Source of the DNA: Tricharina praecox
Taxonomy: Eukaryota
Reading direction: 5' to 3'
Assembly: GCF_024521635.1 (NCBI RefSeq)
Contig: NW_026250441.1
Span: 62,001 to 126,000 of the forward strand
Length of the DNA stretch: 64,000 nucleotides
Under the pieces are notes generated by a model. The model saw nothing but the letters and a program-made list of their open reading frames with translations, was not told the origin of the DNA and searched no databases. Positions 12,215-24,900 of this stretch are shown here, one piece after another; the stretch's first letter is position 1; every line of letters starts with the position of its first letter. The position numbers and the translations under genes were made by a program.

Positions 12215-15200
12215 TCAAACTGATACCGTCCCATGGCCATCACTACACCCGTCTTTCTCGGCGGGTATGACATCGGCTCCCTTCTCGGCAAGCAGCCGTA
12301 CCACTGCCTTGTGCCCGTTTTGCACGGCTAGATCCAGTGGCATCCGATCATCGTTATCGGCAGTTGACACTTGCGCTCCTTTCTCGATGAGCAGCCGGGC
12401 CACCGCTTCGTTCCCCGAACGCGCAGCCAGATGAAGTGGCGTCCACCCATTTTTGTGGGCGGCGTCGACGTTCGCTCCCCGTTCAACGAGCAGTCGGGCT
12501 ACTACATCTAGTACCTTCTCTAATGCCCGATACAGTGGCGTCCGCCCATACTTATCGGCAACAGAGACATCGGCTCCATTTTTAACAAGCAGCCAAGCCA
12601 TCGACGAGTCCCCCAGTTGCACAGCCAGATGCAGCGACGTCAACCCGCCTTCATCGCCGGCCGAGACATCAGCACCATTCTCGACGAGCAGCCGGGCCAA
12701 TGCCTCGTCTAGCACATCATGGCCACGTGCAGCGGTGTCCGCCCGCTCGTGTCGGCGGTTGAGACATAGGCTCCGGGCCATCGATACGTCCCTCTGTTGC
12801 ACGGCCAGATGCAGCGACGTAAACCCGTCTTTATAAGCGGTAGACAGATCGGTCCATTTCTTGACGAGCAGCCGAGACACAAAATCTAGGTTGCTCGCTA
12901 ACAGTGTTCTCCATAGTCCGGTCCGGACTGCAGTCTAGACAGGACGGCCTGCCAAGATCTAGTCTCATCCGTAACTTTTTGTGGATGGAATAAAAGTAGT
13001 CCGTCCCGTCCGCCAATTTTCAAGACGGGGTTGGACTGCAGTCGACTCCAGTCCGGTAGTGAAAACAAATGCCACTATTTTCAGCACTTACCCCACGAAC
13101 TTTGATAGTATTCCCCACTCTGGTGTGTTCAATTCCGTCCAGTACCAGCAAAACCGTGAGCGGCGACACCACCTTCGTCCCGCACCAGTACGTCCGCGCC
13201 ACAATCTTCGTCCAGTAGCAATAATCTGCGCCACAATCTGCGCCACAATGTTTGTTTAGTACCATGAACGCCGCGCCGTAATCTTGAGCCCATGCGCATA
13301 TGCTTCCCTCAGCCACTATAACCGCCGATAATATGCCGCGGGCTTTCTATCGTGATTTCTATCGCCTTGCACTAGTCTTGGCAGTCGATTGCAGTCCGTC
13401 CCGTCCGACCATACTGGTGGACTAGTCCGTCCGACAGACACCTCCTGACGGACTGGATGTATGTAGTCCAGTCCAGTCCGAGGCTCAGGGCGGGCGGATT
13501 GGACTATGGAGAACACTGCTCGCTAATGCTAGACAAAGTAGCATCTGCCCATCGTTATCGACGGCTGAGACGTCGGCTTTGTTCTCGCCAGAGAGCCGAG
13601 CCACCGCCTCGTGTCCGTTCTAGACGAGCAGCTGAGCCACCGCCTCGTGTCCTTTCTCCCATGCCCGCTGCGAGGACATCATCCCGTCGTTTGTAGCCGC
13701 CGAGCTTCTCCCATCTGTGATCCGGGTTGAGAGATCTACTCCCTTCTGAATGAGCAGCCGGGTAACCGCCTCGTGCCCCCTTTCTACTGCCCTATGCAGC
13801 GGCATTCTCCCATCTTTGGTAGCGAACGAGATCTTGGCTCCATATTCGATGACCAGCCGGACCAGTGCCTCGTCGCTCATCTCCGAGGCGCGATGCAACG
13901 GGGTCCAACCCTCGTGGTCAGTGGCGGAAACGAAGGCCCCACGTCTAGCAGCTTACGGAAAAGATCCACGTCTCGTAATCTGCACGCGTGGTGAAGTAAC
14001 TGGTTGATTCGTGGCATCTCCAATGGTTTGGATTTGAATACACTGGTAAACCTCCGCTTGAGCCCGAATATTCAAACCGAGGCAAGTACGTTGTTTCTTA
14101 CACGGTGTATTTCTATGGTCCTTTTCCAAAACATGCTTCTGGCGGGTCGCCACATAACTCTCCTGCCATGATATTCACGCCATCGTTGGTAGTTTGCCTC
14201 TGACATGAATGAATCCCAAAGAGGAGTCAACATTTCATCTTCGCAATGGCCGAAATGCCACAGCCAAAAGACCGCCGAGTATATCAAAAAGTGGCGACCG
14301 AGATACTGCCCTTCACTTGTAAGGCTAGTTCTGTCGTAATCAATCCAAGAGTCCGAACTGCAGAGGAGCGAGGGGCAGGCTCTCGCGATCTGGGTATGGG
14401 AGTCGATCTTGCGCAGCCGTGTCTCCACGTATTCGTCGACGGAAAGATACGCAAACCGGAAAACGTCAAGATCTTTGTCCAGGACTAGCAGATTCTGACA
14501 AGCCTTTAACAGGTCGTTCGCATTAACCGACAGATCGTGCGAAAAGCCACCCCGGCAGTCGACCTCCGCCATGATCGCATCGAGCAAGGTTTTGCATTAA
14601 ATCAGCTCGTGGGAAGACTGAATCCCCCGGGACGCATTTAGTGCAAACCGCGAAGCGCTGCCTTTCTGCGTGAGAATGCGCTGGGAGGTTTCGTCGTACG
14701 CAGCGGTGAGGATTTCCGGTAGCACCTTGAGACTGGGTCTTACGTCGTTTTGCGTGGCCATATCGCAGAGAAAGGCGATCTGAAGTGCGGCTAGTTGTAA
14801 CCTGAACCGTCAGTTTCTCCGCTTATAAGTGACTGGAGTAGTTACGGTAAACGTACATTCCCTTGGATCGCTGACGAAGGAGGTTGCATATATCGGCTTG
14901 GAGCCCAGGACACCATGGACTAGTCACTCCTCGTCAATGGCCATCTGAACATTGCTTTCTATAAACTCGTTGATGTCGCCGACATTGTCATCAGGTTGCA
15001 ACTCGATGCGGGGAAACATCGCAAGCTGCAGCAGAATATCAGTGTCCATTCGGGTGGTTGCAAAGATCTTGACGAAATTCTTCGATTTTTCGACGACATA
15101 CTTCAACGACTTGAGTAAATCTATCCGGACTTTGCTATCGACTTCGTCCAAGGCATCAATGCAAATTGCCGTCTTCAAATATATGTAGGTTAGTCAAACA

Positions 15201-17319
15201 AGAAGCTCCCGGCTTTCTGCAAGGCTTAGTCTTGCTTTTTTTTGCCCATTTTTCTCCCTCTCCTCGTTGACATGAACCACCGGCTTCAAGAGTGTGTCCT
15301 CTCCGGACCCAGTCCGGGCGAGTTGTTGAATGAGAGTAATGAGAATACTTTCCGGATTTCGGCGATTATCCTCGGCTCGATTGAGGTAGAAGTATGCTAG
15401 TCTCTCGGGGGTTGGACTGGAAACAAAGGAATCGATAACGCGTGATGCGATGTATGTCTCGCCCGCTCAAGCTAAACGACCGGTGAGTCAAGACATCCGG
15501 CAAAAGGGAATCAACACTTACGAATGCCCGTAAGAGCAGCAGCTTGGAAATACTGGATGATCTCCACTCGCAGTGCTCCCTCCTCTCAAAAAGCCATTCG
15601 CAAGTGCCTTCCAAGCGGGTTTCACTGGTTCGCGTATGGTGACTTGAGTAAGGGACAGTGGATATGCATTGCACCTCCGAGTCACTAGAATAGAGTGAAA
15701 AGGTGAGTACAGGCGTAACTACACTGTGGGGAATCGGCTCGCTTTCGTACCCGCAAGTGTTCGCTGCATGTTATCGATTTGAGGTCCAAGCCGTGATGAC
15801 TTCATGTCTTCGGAGTCCTCCAGCAGCGTCTGAAGTCTCTCGAACCTTATCCGCGTAGCTGAATCGCGTCAAAATTTGAATGGTTCGTGAGGCTGACCAG
15901 AACTGGGTTATACGTACATTGAGCTTCGGCAACACAAGCATCGCGTGCAACCGCTTCCTCCAAGTCCTTGACATCATTAATGTAGTTGGAGGTTTCCCCT
16001 GTCGTGAATACCGCCTCGAGGTGGTTGTCTAAGGAAGGATTAGCGGTGGCTCCTCCAACGGCTACTGTCCGCAAAGAATACTATGCCCCTTTCAATCTCA
16101 CTATGGACTTGGCCAGGAATTTCAAGATTGCCGTGTACAGCCGGAGTATTGACTTCTCTAGGTTTTGAGAAGCCTCCGTTGTTTTGTTTAGATAGAGATG
16201 CTCGTAGATCGCGCACCAATCGGTGATGCAGACACTCTTCTCAAGTCCCACCAGGATCGCGTCTACCGTTTCCTGCTTATCCAAGCAAAGCTGTTGGGTT
16301 TATCGTCAGCGGGTTTCTTTAATCGCAAGTGGTTGAAACCAAATTTCACCTGCAGCAGGAATCGGAAGCCCGCCCACGGCAGCGCAGCGTGTCCGGGGTC
16401 GTATTGGACGACAATGTCCCCGATGTCCTTGAATCTCTGAATCCACCGCCCGATCTTCATGGCAATATCTCTCAAGACAATATCATCGCCTTTGAACCGA
16501 ATCTTCCGATCCTTTCCTTTTCTTTCCTCCATAATCCCATTCGTCATGGTCCCCAAAGCGGCCGCAATCTGACGGGTGTCGGTGTCGATGCGAATACCCG
16601 AAAGCGCTCGGCACTCGTGCGCAGACAGCTCACCGCTGTTGAAAGCCCTACTCCACAACGATGGGGCATCGCCACCGCCAGCCGTCGATGTCGGTTCGTC
16701 TTCGTTTCCATTCTGCACGTGTGTCGCATCGACCACCGGAGCCGTGTCATTTGACATGGCCGTGTCCTGTGTCGCATTCGTCACCGGGGGCGTATCCTTC
16801 GACATCGCCGTACGCTTCGGCGTCGCCATGTCCTGCGCAATCGCTGCATTCGCTGTGATTACCGTGTCCGTCGTCGTCGTGTGCGTCACCATCCTCGTGT
16901 TTTGCGTAATCGCTGCATTCGCTACGGCCACCGGGTCTGCCGTAGCCGTGTCTGCCGTGTCTGTGTCCGCCATCGTATCCGTCACCGGAGCAGTGTCCTT
17001 CGAGGTGGCCGAGTCCTGCGCAATAGCTGCATTCGCCGCGGCCACCGTGTCTGCCGCCGCCGTTAAGGATGTTAGCCCGGGCTGACTTGACGGATCAGAG
17101 GGCTGCGTCGTCGGTTGCACCCCCCGATTGCGGCTCTGCCGAGGATCCTGTCGACGGGACAAGCTGTTGAGTCGAGGGCGAAGGTACTCTGGTCGGGGAA
17201 GCTGCTAACGTGAAGTGTAGTCCCACCGGTGAATGTGCGCTTACGGCTGGCGACTTCGATCGTCCGATTTTCAAAGCCGCGCGTAATCGATCTCGTTTCC
17301 TGGCCGTGCCGGGAGCCAT
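12215..17319 (-). pseudogene. degenerate NACHT-ankyrin NLR-like gene (NWD-type N-terminal domain, NACHT, ankyrin repeats)
   Basis: Fragments in several frames: FKDIGDIVVQYDPGHAALPWAGFRFLL (N-terminal domain), RLEGTCEWLF, ICIDALDE (Walker B), LLKACQNLLV..FRFAYLSVDEY, and many TPLHLAA ankyrin repeats. Walker A is destroyed (P*AGET near 15460). Multiple frameshifts and a MITE insertion. Confidence 0.85.
12902..13518. mobile_element. hAT-type non-autonomous element (MITE), 617 bp
   Basis: Perfect 18-bp TIR CAGTGTTCTCCATAGTCC / GGACTATGGAGAACACTG; perfect 8-bp TSD CTCGCTAA at 12894-12901 and 13519-13526; GTCC/GGAC subterminal motifs. Confidence 0.92.
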
Positions 17320-20071
17320 TTTCGTGAAACGATCACGATGCGTTTCGCCGGCGATGGATGACCGATGTAGCTGTGTAGTCGCTAATTGGTCAAGATTTTG
17401 AATGAAAGATCGTCGCCGTATGGAGCTGCAGAGGCTCAGTTCGCGGTTTGCGGGGTTGTGTGTCGACGCGTTTCCAGTCAGGCTTCCCCTCACTTTGATC
17501 TTGAGCACAATCGGGCGACTGTCATACATAGAACTAATAGGCGTTTGGGAATTCCTATTGTATTATGCCGCGCTAGTTACTGCTGCGCAACATCTACAGA
17601 CCTTGGGGCCAGCCGGCTGGCCGGTGCTGCGCACGTACCAAGAATTGCCAGAGAGTGAGCACTCGCGTGAAATATAAGCGGGGAACCCATGAATATGATA
17701 GGACGCTGGGAGGCCGAAGCGTGGCGCAACCCTGTAACTGTATCGCAATACTGTGTAGAGAAAACATTCACTGGTGGTGCTTCTTTACAGTTTCTCTTTC
17801 TTATTTCACTGCTCGGCGTTATCTACGGCTGCGGTATGTACTAGGGATCTAGAGTATCTGGGATGAAGACTTGCAAGTGGCAACTACCTAACTACTATGG
17901 AATCTGGATCGCGATAACCACGAACAGCAACGCAAGAAACGACCGAAGCCCGCATAACTTACCCTTATAGGTACATTGACTGCTCAGATAGCTTCAAACA
18001 TGGGGCCCGTAGTCGGTCCATCGCGATATAAAAAAATTCCCGTTGAGTCTCAGGAGTCCGCAGGTTTCTATACCCCTTCCCGGTGATGAATACGTTACAG
18101 ACCACTAGATACCCGGCCAGCAACAGGAGACAGGGAACCTTCGGACAAACATGCAAGATCATTTGGACGTGCGAGGCTTAGACCTCGGTCCACTACACTT
18201 CGAGTTCCGTGTATTCGATGATCACATGCGATGTTTCGGGTTCCTGCGTGGTCGCCGAAGGGGCAGCAGTCAACGAACGATGAGGCGGCCGAGCACTGAC
18301 TTCTGGCGCATTGTATCGATAAGTGATCGCTTAAAAAGAAAAGAAAACAATCCTATCGCAAGGTGTAACTGACCAAGCCGTTGTGGCAGAGCATCTCCAT
18401 CAAATCGCTGTGGTAAAAACTCCTCGTAACGTAAAGAATAACGGCAATCGCGAAAACTGCCGTTCCGACGCAAGTCAGTCTCCATAAATGCCGTTCCATT
18501 TGAGTCCGAAATTCCAGGTTTTAAGCCGCCATATAGAGCCCAGCGATGACGATTATGCATCATAGCCCTACGATGAACATAGTACGAGAATTCTCCTGAC
18601 GAAGTTGCAGACTGTGTAGTAGCCTCGCCTTCTGTTGGCATTGTTTGGAATCTGGTAGAGAGTTGCTGTATCTAGTCCGGCCAATGAGGGAGGTGTTGTA
18701 AATCACGTAAACCACGATTTTATGGACGGCTCTGTCGGATGTGGCGGATCGGCTCCGGCGGCGGCCGTGATACGGCAATGTGTTCCTGCTGATGAGGAAC
18801 CTGGTTATGCCCAGCAATGCCGACCGCCTCCATCATCAATCACGACTAGTAGCCCTTCTTCGCTGAGATGACGGATTGAATGCAACGGAATCTCCTCACC
18901 GAAATCAGCAAGAATGGGTGTAGCCGTCGGAGACAGGTGCGGAGTCACGTCATCCGTCATCCGTCTGTTGCATCGCCGAGTGAGGCTGGCGGCTGGCAAC
19001 GGTTCGGTTAGACCCTCTTCTTGAGGTCAAGGCGACCGAGCTCGTTGAAGTCCGTTGGCTTCCGCCACCAGCACAAAAAGATGAGCATTGTGCAAGCTAC
19101 CTGTATCCGAAGTTCAGAATATGAAATTCTAACAGAATAAACTCAAGTTAAGGGCGGTTTCTTCATCGGGGGTGCTGCCTCGATACTGAAGAGATTGAAC
19201 CAACAGCCACAAAGTCTGCAAAAAAGGGAAGATCTTCCCGATATGAATCGCATTGTCTTCGTCCACGATTTCGTGGGCATTGAATTGTAGAGGTTTCTCG
19301 AAGTCGTCAAAGTATCCTCGGCCGGTACGGACATCAATACAGCCCGAATGAAGATCCGGGAAGTTTCCGATAGCCGGGGGATGGTGTTCAAGTGTGCACT
19401 ACGGTGCAAACGCAGATCACGAACGTGGCAGTGCGGCTGAAGACGATGCTCCAATTTACGCGACCGGCGAGCTCCGTACATAGCGAAGGTCATGTCACCG
19501 AGGGAGGTTGCATGCATGCCATGAACCTGGACGCCGGCGGCGATATCCTGGTTGTACATATTACCTCGTGAGTGAGATATGACGGTATTGCGGGGTAGGC
19601 CTGATTCAGCCAAGTCAAGTAACCACCATCACCGACGCGAACGTTTTACCATAAACGCGCTGACACGTATGTCTCACAATTTAACCAACCCGCCCAAGGC
19701 TCTCAGTTCACCTTAATTACAAACGCCGTTTTCCATTTCTCGGTGACAATCCCAATTTTCAGATACATACGATTAGATTTCATAAGCGTTCATAGGCAAC
19801 CTAATGGAGACCATCCTAGTTGAGTAGGCACAAGGACACCATCTCCAGACCTGATCAGGTAACGATCGCCTCGGGGCCCGGGTGGCCTGCAGCTGAGTTC
19901 AGAAGCTTTGCGAGAGCGGCGCTCTAATAGGTATCGATACTCGCATAGGGGTTTCGCAATCGGAACGGCCGGGACTATCTGAGGCTGAGGGGGAAGGTCC
20001 GCGCAAGGATCGACTTGAAGGCCTTCAGAGAAGGTGACGTTGCCTGCGAGAAGTTTCAACTGAAGCCAATC

Positions 20072-20409
20072 CAGTGTTCTCCGTAGACCAGTCCCGACGA
20101 AATTTGGGTATGGTCTGATTGGGTCGGGATATATCACGACCGACCAGGCATAGGTTGGGACAAGTCTGACTAAGAAATAACATTTAACGTCGGAAAAGCT
20201 CTAACAACCGGTAGAAACTAAGAAAACATTTGCAGCTGATAGAATTAACAGTTAACCCAACGTCGGCCGACCTAGGCCAACCGAGCCGGGCAAGGTCTGG
20301 TCGGATCTGCTTGATTTTATCCCGACCTATCAAAGCCACTGTCTGGTCGCGATATATCCCGACTGACTTAGACCGCTCGGCCCACCGGTCTGGTCTATGT
20401 AGAACACTG
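20072..20409. mobile_element. older hAT-type MITE with the same TIR family
   Basis: Ends CAGTGTTCTCCGTAGACC and GGTCTATGTAGAACACTG (2 mismatches). TSD is decayed (AGCCAATC / AGCTGCCC). Confidence 0.7.
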
Positions 20410-21931
20410 AGCTGCCCATCTAGATGCCTACGCAGGGGGCTGATACATATTACTCTATGTACTCTACTAAATACGATGTCCTGATTTCGAGAACCATACA
20501 TATGAGAACGTGAAGCGACATCTGCTTGCGGTCCTCCAAAGTACTGGGACTAAGTCGTACAGATACTGTTACGTAAGTAAAAATGTGTGAGCAATCGCGA
20601 GCTCATAGCGGTACATATGTAGGAGAATAAGCTATCGATCTTGCCGACTAACGTGGTGCGGTTGAAATTGATTTTGTCTTGCAATCATGCATAAATTCTA
20701 CAAGCACAAGACAGATGTCACTCTTTCACGGGGCGGGGCCATTGAACGCCGCATGGACGGATGGGGGTACTCTAGTTGAACGTCACCGCCACGTTGTCGC
20801 CGTGAATAGCCGAGTAACTATTATCATATGTCGGCATGTTTGTGCTCCACTCCGCCATTGCAGAATCTAGATTGACACTGACGCAACGATGTGTGTCTGT
20901 TTGACGACCTCCCCGCACCGCGTCACCGAATCACGGACCGTGGCATCCGGGAGCCGTGGAGTGCGCTATCCGCAATCGATAATGACCCGTCACCCTCTCA
21001 TCGCGTGGTTCCGTTGTAATCGTTGATCCCTTGCGCTAGGGAGGAGCGGGAAGCTAGAATACATCTTTAAGAAGTTCAATATCGGCAGCGGATGGATTCA
21101 ACCCCCATTGGCTGCTCGTGGCTCTTGTCAAATCACTGAGTGGGGGGGAGGGCTCAGGAAAATATATTTTCACATAAGCCATGCTAAGCGATGGCATGCC
21201 GCATAGCTCACCTCGCGGATGGCTAAGATTGTCTTGCATGGTGCGTTTACCGTGGTCAAGAATAGCTCAAGCTGCGAAAAACAGACGTATCACCCCACCG
21301 ACCACTCCAACACTGCCATCGCCCTGTGCTGTGGGACACGAGACAGCTGTACCAGTTGACGATGGTGAATGGCCCGTCTGGCCAGCTGGCCGGTTTCAAA
21401 CGTATATACCTCCCGAGTTGCTACACGTGGCGGCGAGGATGCTGATAGAAGTCGGGACGGCGCGATGGTCCGAGGAATGATCGATATCAGTGGTGGTGAA
21501 AAGAGTACTCTACATACGCTGTTGCTCTTCCATATTGCTGCCGATAGGCTGCTGATGGATGCGGTAACGGCGCCAGCACATCTGCCAAGTCACGCTGTGC
21601 TTTTAGGTAAGCCACATGAACCCGATGTTCTTCCGTACATAGGTAAGCCAATAACTGTTGCGGCAAAGGTGAATCATTGATGCCCTCGACGAGGCAATCT
21701 AGAGACTCGGGCATTCGTCAGAGGTCTTCGCCATACACACCCACAGACTAGAAAGAATTATTGTCAGAAAACCGGGGTCACCTCAGCCGAAAACCTAAAA
21801 GAGGGTTGCGAGGCGGGGATTCGGGGCATCCCTGGTTCCTTCAAATATTCGCCCTTCGCTCAAGGACGGTTTACTTCAACTTTATCGACAACAACTGCTT
21901 CTTCAACTTTATCGAAAACAACTGCTTCCCG

Positions 21932-24900
21932 ATGTCAAAACGCCAGAAATCCGACCACCATACGCGAGCGCCTCCGCCAGTGCCAAGTGTCAGGCTATCC
22001 GGTGCGACACCGTCCACGCACCCAACAGACTCTAGTCGCAGGTACCAGGGTACCACACACTTGGAGTTTAGGGGAGGGGAGTTTCATGGCGGGCAGAACT
22101 TCTATTCCAACGGGTGAGTCTCGGGACTACGTTTGGAGATCGCATATTCTACTTAGTTCGAGTAGAGTGGATTTAAGGATGGCTAACCGGAATTCGCTAG
22201 CAGTTCCGACAGTAAGCGACGTTGCTCGATCAAAAACACTTTACTACCCTCCTGGAACTAACTTTGAGCTTTAGCCCCCGAGTCGAAATGTTTGCGCTGT
22301 CTCTACACTTCCGACTATGAATCCCACAAGGACAGAAACCCTAAGCGAGTGGATGGAACGCTTGAATGGTTTCTCCGTCACGAAAAGTATCGGCACTGGC
22401 AAGAAAAAGATTCGAGTCTTCTATGGGTGACGGCAGATCCGGGATGCGGAAAAACCATGCTGGCCGCATTTCTAGTGGACGAGCTGAGTGTCCACTCGGA
22501 ACCTCGCGACACCGTCTGCTTTTTCTTCTTCAAAGATGACAATCAGGAACAGAAATCTGCGACATTGGCTCTTTCCGCCCTCCTCCACCAGCTCTTTTCG
22601 GCGAAGCCATTCCTTCTCCGGCATTCCTTGAAAGATTACAACGACAAGGGCGCGAAATTTACAGAACAATTCGGTACGCTGTGGCGCATCTTCCGGGCAG
22701 CAACCACCGACCCGGACTGCGGCAATGTCATTTGCATCATCGACGCTTTGGATGAATGCGAAGAATCGACTCGAAAGTCCCTCATCGATTCTTTAGTCAG
22801 CAGCTACACACCAGCGATCGGCACAGGGCGCAGCACGGGCGAAACGCTTCCAAAATTCATCCTCACCAGTCGCCCATACGGCTCCATCGAAAAACAATTC
22901 GGTACACAACTTATCAGATTGAAAGCGGAGGAGCAAACACCCGCCATCAGCGAAGACATTGAGCGTGTCATCGATTCCGAAGTTGAGTTGCTGGGGAATG
23001 TGTGGCACCTCACTGATGACGACCGGATAATTATCCGAGACAAGCTCATCCGGGGCGCCGATCATACATTCCTGTGGGTTTCCCTGATTGTCAAAATCCT
23101 CCACGGTAGTCAAGCAGCTTCGCGGAGGAAATTCCTTCAAACTCTCAACAGCCTACCGAGTAACCTCGAAAGCGTCTACGAAAAGATCCTTGAAGATATT
23201 TGTGACCGCGAAGAGGCCAAACGGATTCTCCAAATAGTCGTCGCGGCTACACGACCCCTCACACTCGACGAGATGGACATCGCACAAGCGATTCAGCGGG
23301 ATCACAAATCAATCGAGGACCTCCAGCCGTGCCGCCTGTACTCCTTCGAAAGCACGGTGAAGAACACATGCGGACTTTTCGTGAAGGTCATAGACTCGAA
23401 GATCTACCTTATCCACCAAACGGCGAAGGAGTTCCTGATCAAGGGCACAGCTACCGCCACATCTGCTACGGAAATTACCACGTGGAAGCAATCACTTTGT
23501 CCTATCGAATCAAACCTCACCCTCGCGAAGAGTTGCCTTTATTTTCTCTTGTTTAATGTCTTTGAAACCCACCCTCTGGCACTACGAGCGCAGGGATCGG
23601 ATATAGATGGCTACACCATAGGGCATGTGTTTTTAGATTATGCAGCTAAAAATTGGACGGCTCACGTCCAAGAGGCCAAGATATGGGAGGATGAGAAACT
23701 CTCCGCTATTGCGTTGAAGGTTTACACGAGTGGGTCGGGGCGGCTGCTGACATGGTTCCAAGTTTACATGGCGAGCAACTGTGAGTATTGGAACTTCGAT
23801 AACATGAGTGGGCTTGCAGTAGCATCATATATTGGTCAGGATGCGGTGGTGGAGCTGCTAATAGAACAGGGAGAAGACGTCAACAGTGGCCGTAGCCTAT
23901 ACAACAATGCTTTGAATGTGGCTGTTCGAAAGCGAAATAGGAATGTGATCATGTTGCTGCTCAACAGAGGAGCCATTGTCTTTCTATTCGGAAGTGAATA
24001 TTGGAACCTTTTAGAGGTTAACAGATGTCTTTCCCTTTCCATGACTGAAACCAGAGCTAATAGTTTGCTTATATCGTGCCATAGTCTGTAAGTAGAATTG
24101 CTAGTTGGCAAAAGCGTCTCTCTGATAAAAGACTGACATTCGTGGCCACTTTCCGACAGCGAGTATGAACACTTCCTCCTCCCTACAAGCGCTGGGAGGG
24201 ATCGCTGACATTCATCCCGTTTCTGTCACAGCGGGTGACCTGACCTATTTCACCCCTCCAGTCGAGGTGTACCGCTGACAGTGAGCGCTGTGCGCCTCAT
24301 AGACGGTATGATGCGTATCGTTATACCTTCCTTACTCTCGACTGCACTGACCTTCGGGCACGATGGGAGAAACAGGATGTACGTAAAGCTGATGGCAATT
24401 CGCTATTCTTCGACGACAGTGCTGACACTGACGAACGACTATGATAGTTTGTGAGTGGGCGAGATAGATGCTCATTACCCACGGCAAACATAACGGACAG
24501 CTGACCTCGGGGTTGTTTGTGATGGTAGCGGGTAGACACTCATATTACTCAGCCTAGATTGAGTAAGGAAACAAGACTAACATTGAGTTTCCCATCGAAA
24601 ATAGAAAGTGAGTGCGAGGAATGGGCCTGTTTTGGCTCCTAGAGACTATACGGCTAACGTTCGGTCCACTTTGCAATAAAGTGGGTAAATGAAATAATGA
24701 GGGTCCGTCTACTACATTAAGAGTGTATCACTGATTGTCGGTTCCTGGGGAACGAAGACCGTGAGTGAACCAAATCACTTGGGTGTGCCTCTCCACATGG
24801 CTGACTTTCGGATCGCTTTGCTTTGCAGGAAGTAAGTGAACCAAATCACTTGGGTGTGCCTTTACACATGGCTGACTTTCGGATCGCTTTGCTTTGCAGC

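Noticed and set aside
21874..21927. 27-bp direct duplication just upstream of the NLR ATG
   Set aside because: Real, but only two copies and no evidence of function.
24017..24091. ORF-track C-terminus VNRCLSLSMTETRANSLLISCHSL* of the NACHT ORF
   Set aside because: It is read-through of an intron (GTTAAC..GCTAAT..TAG, 24017-24084).
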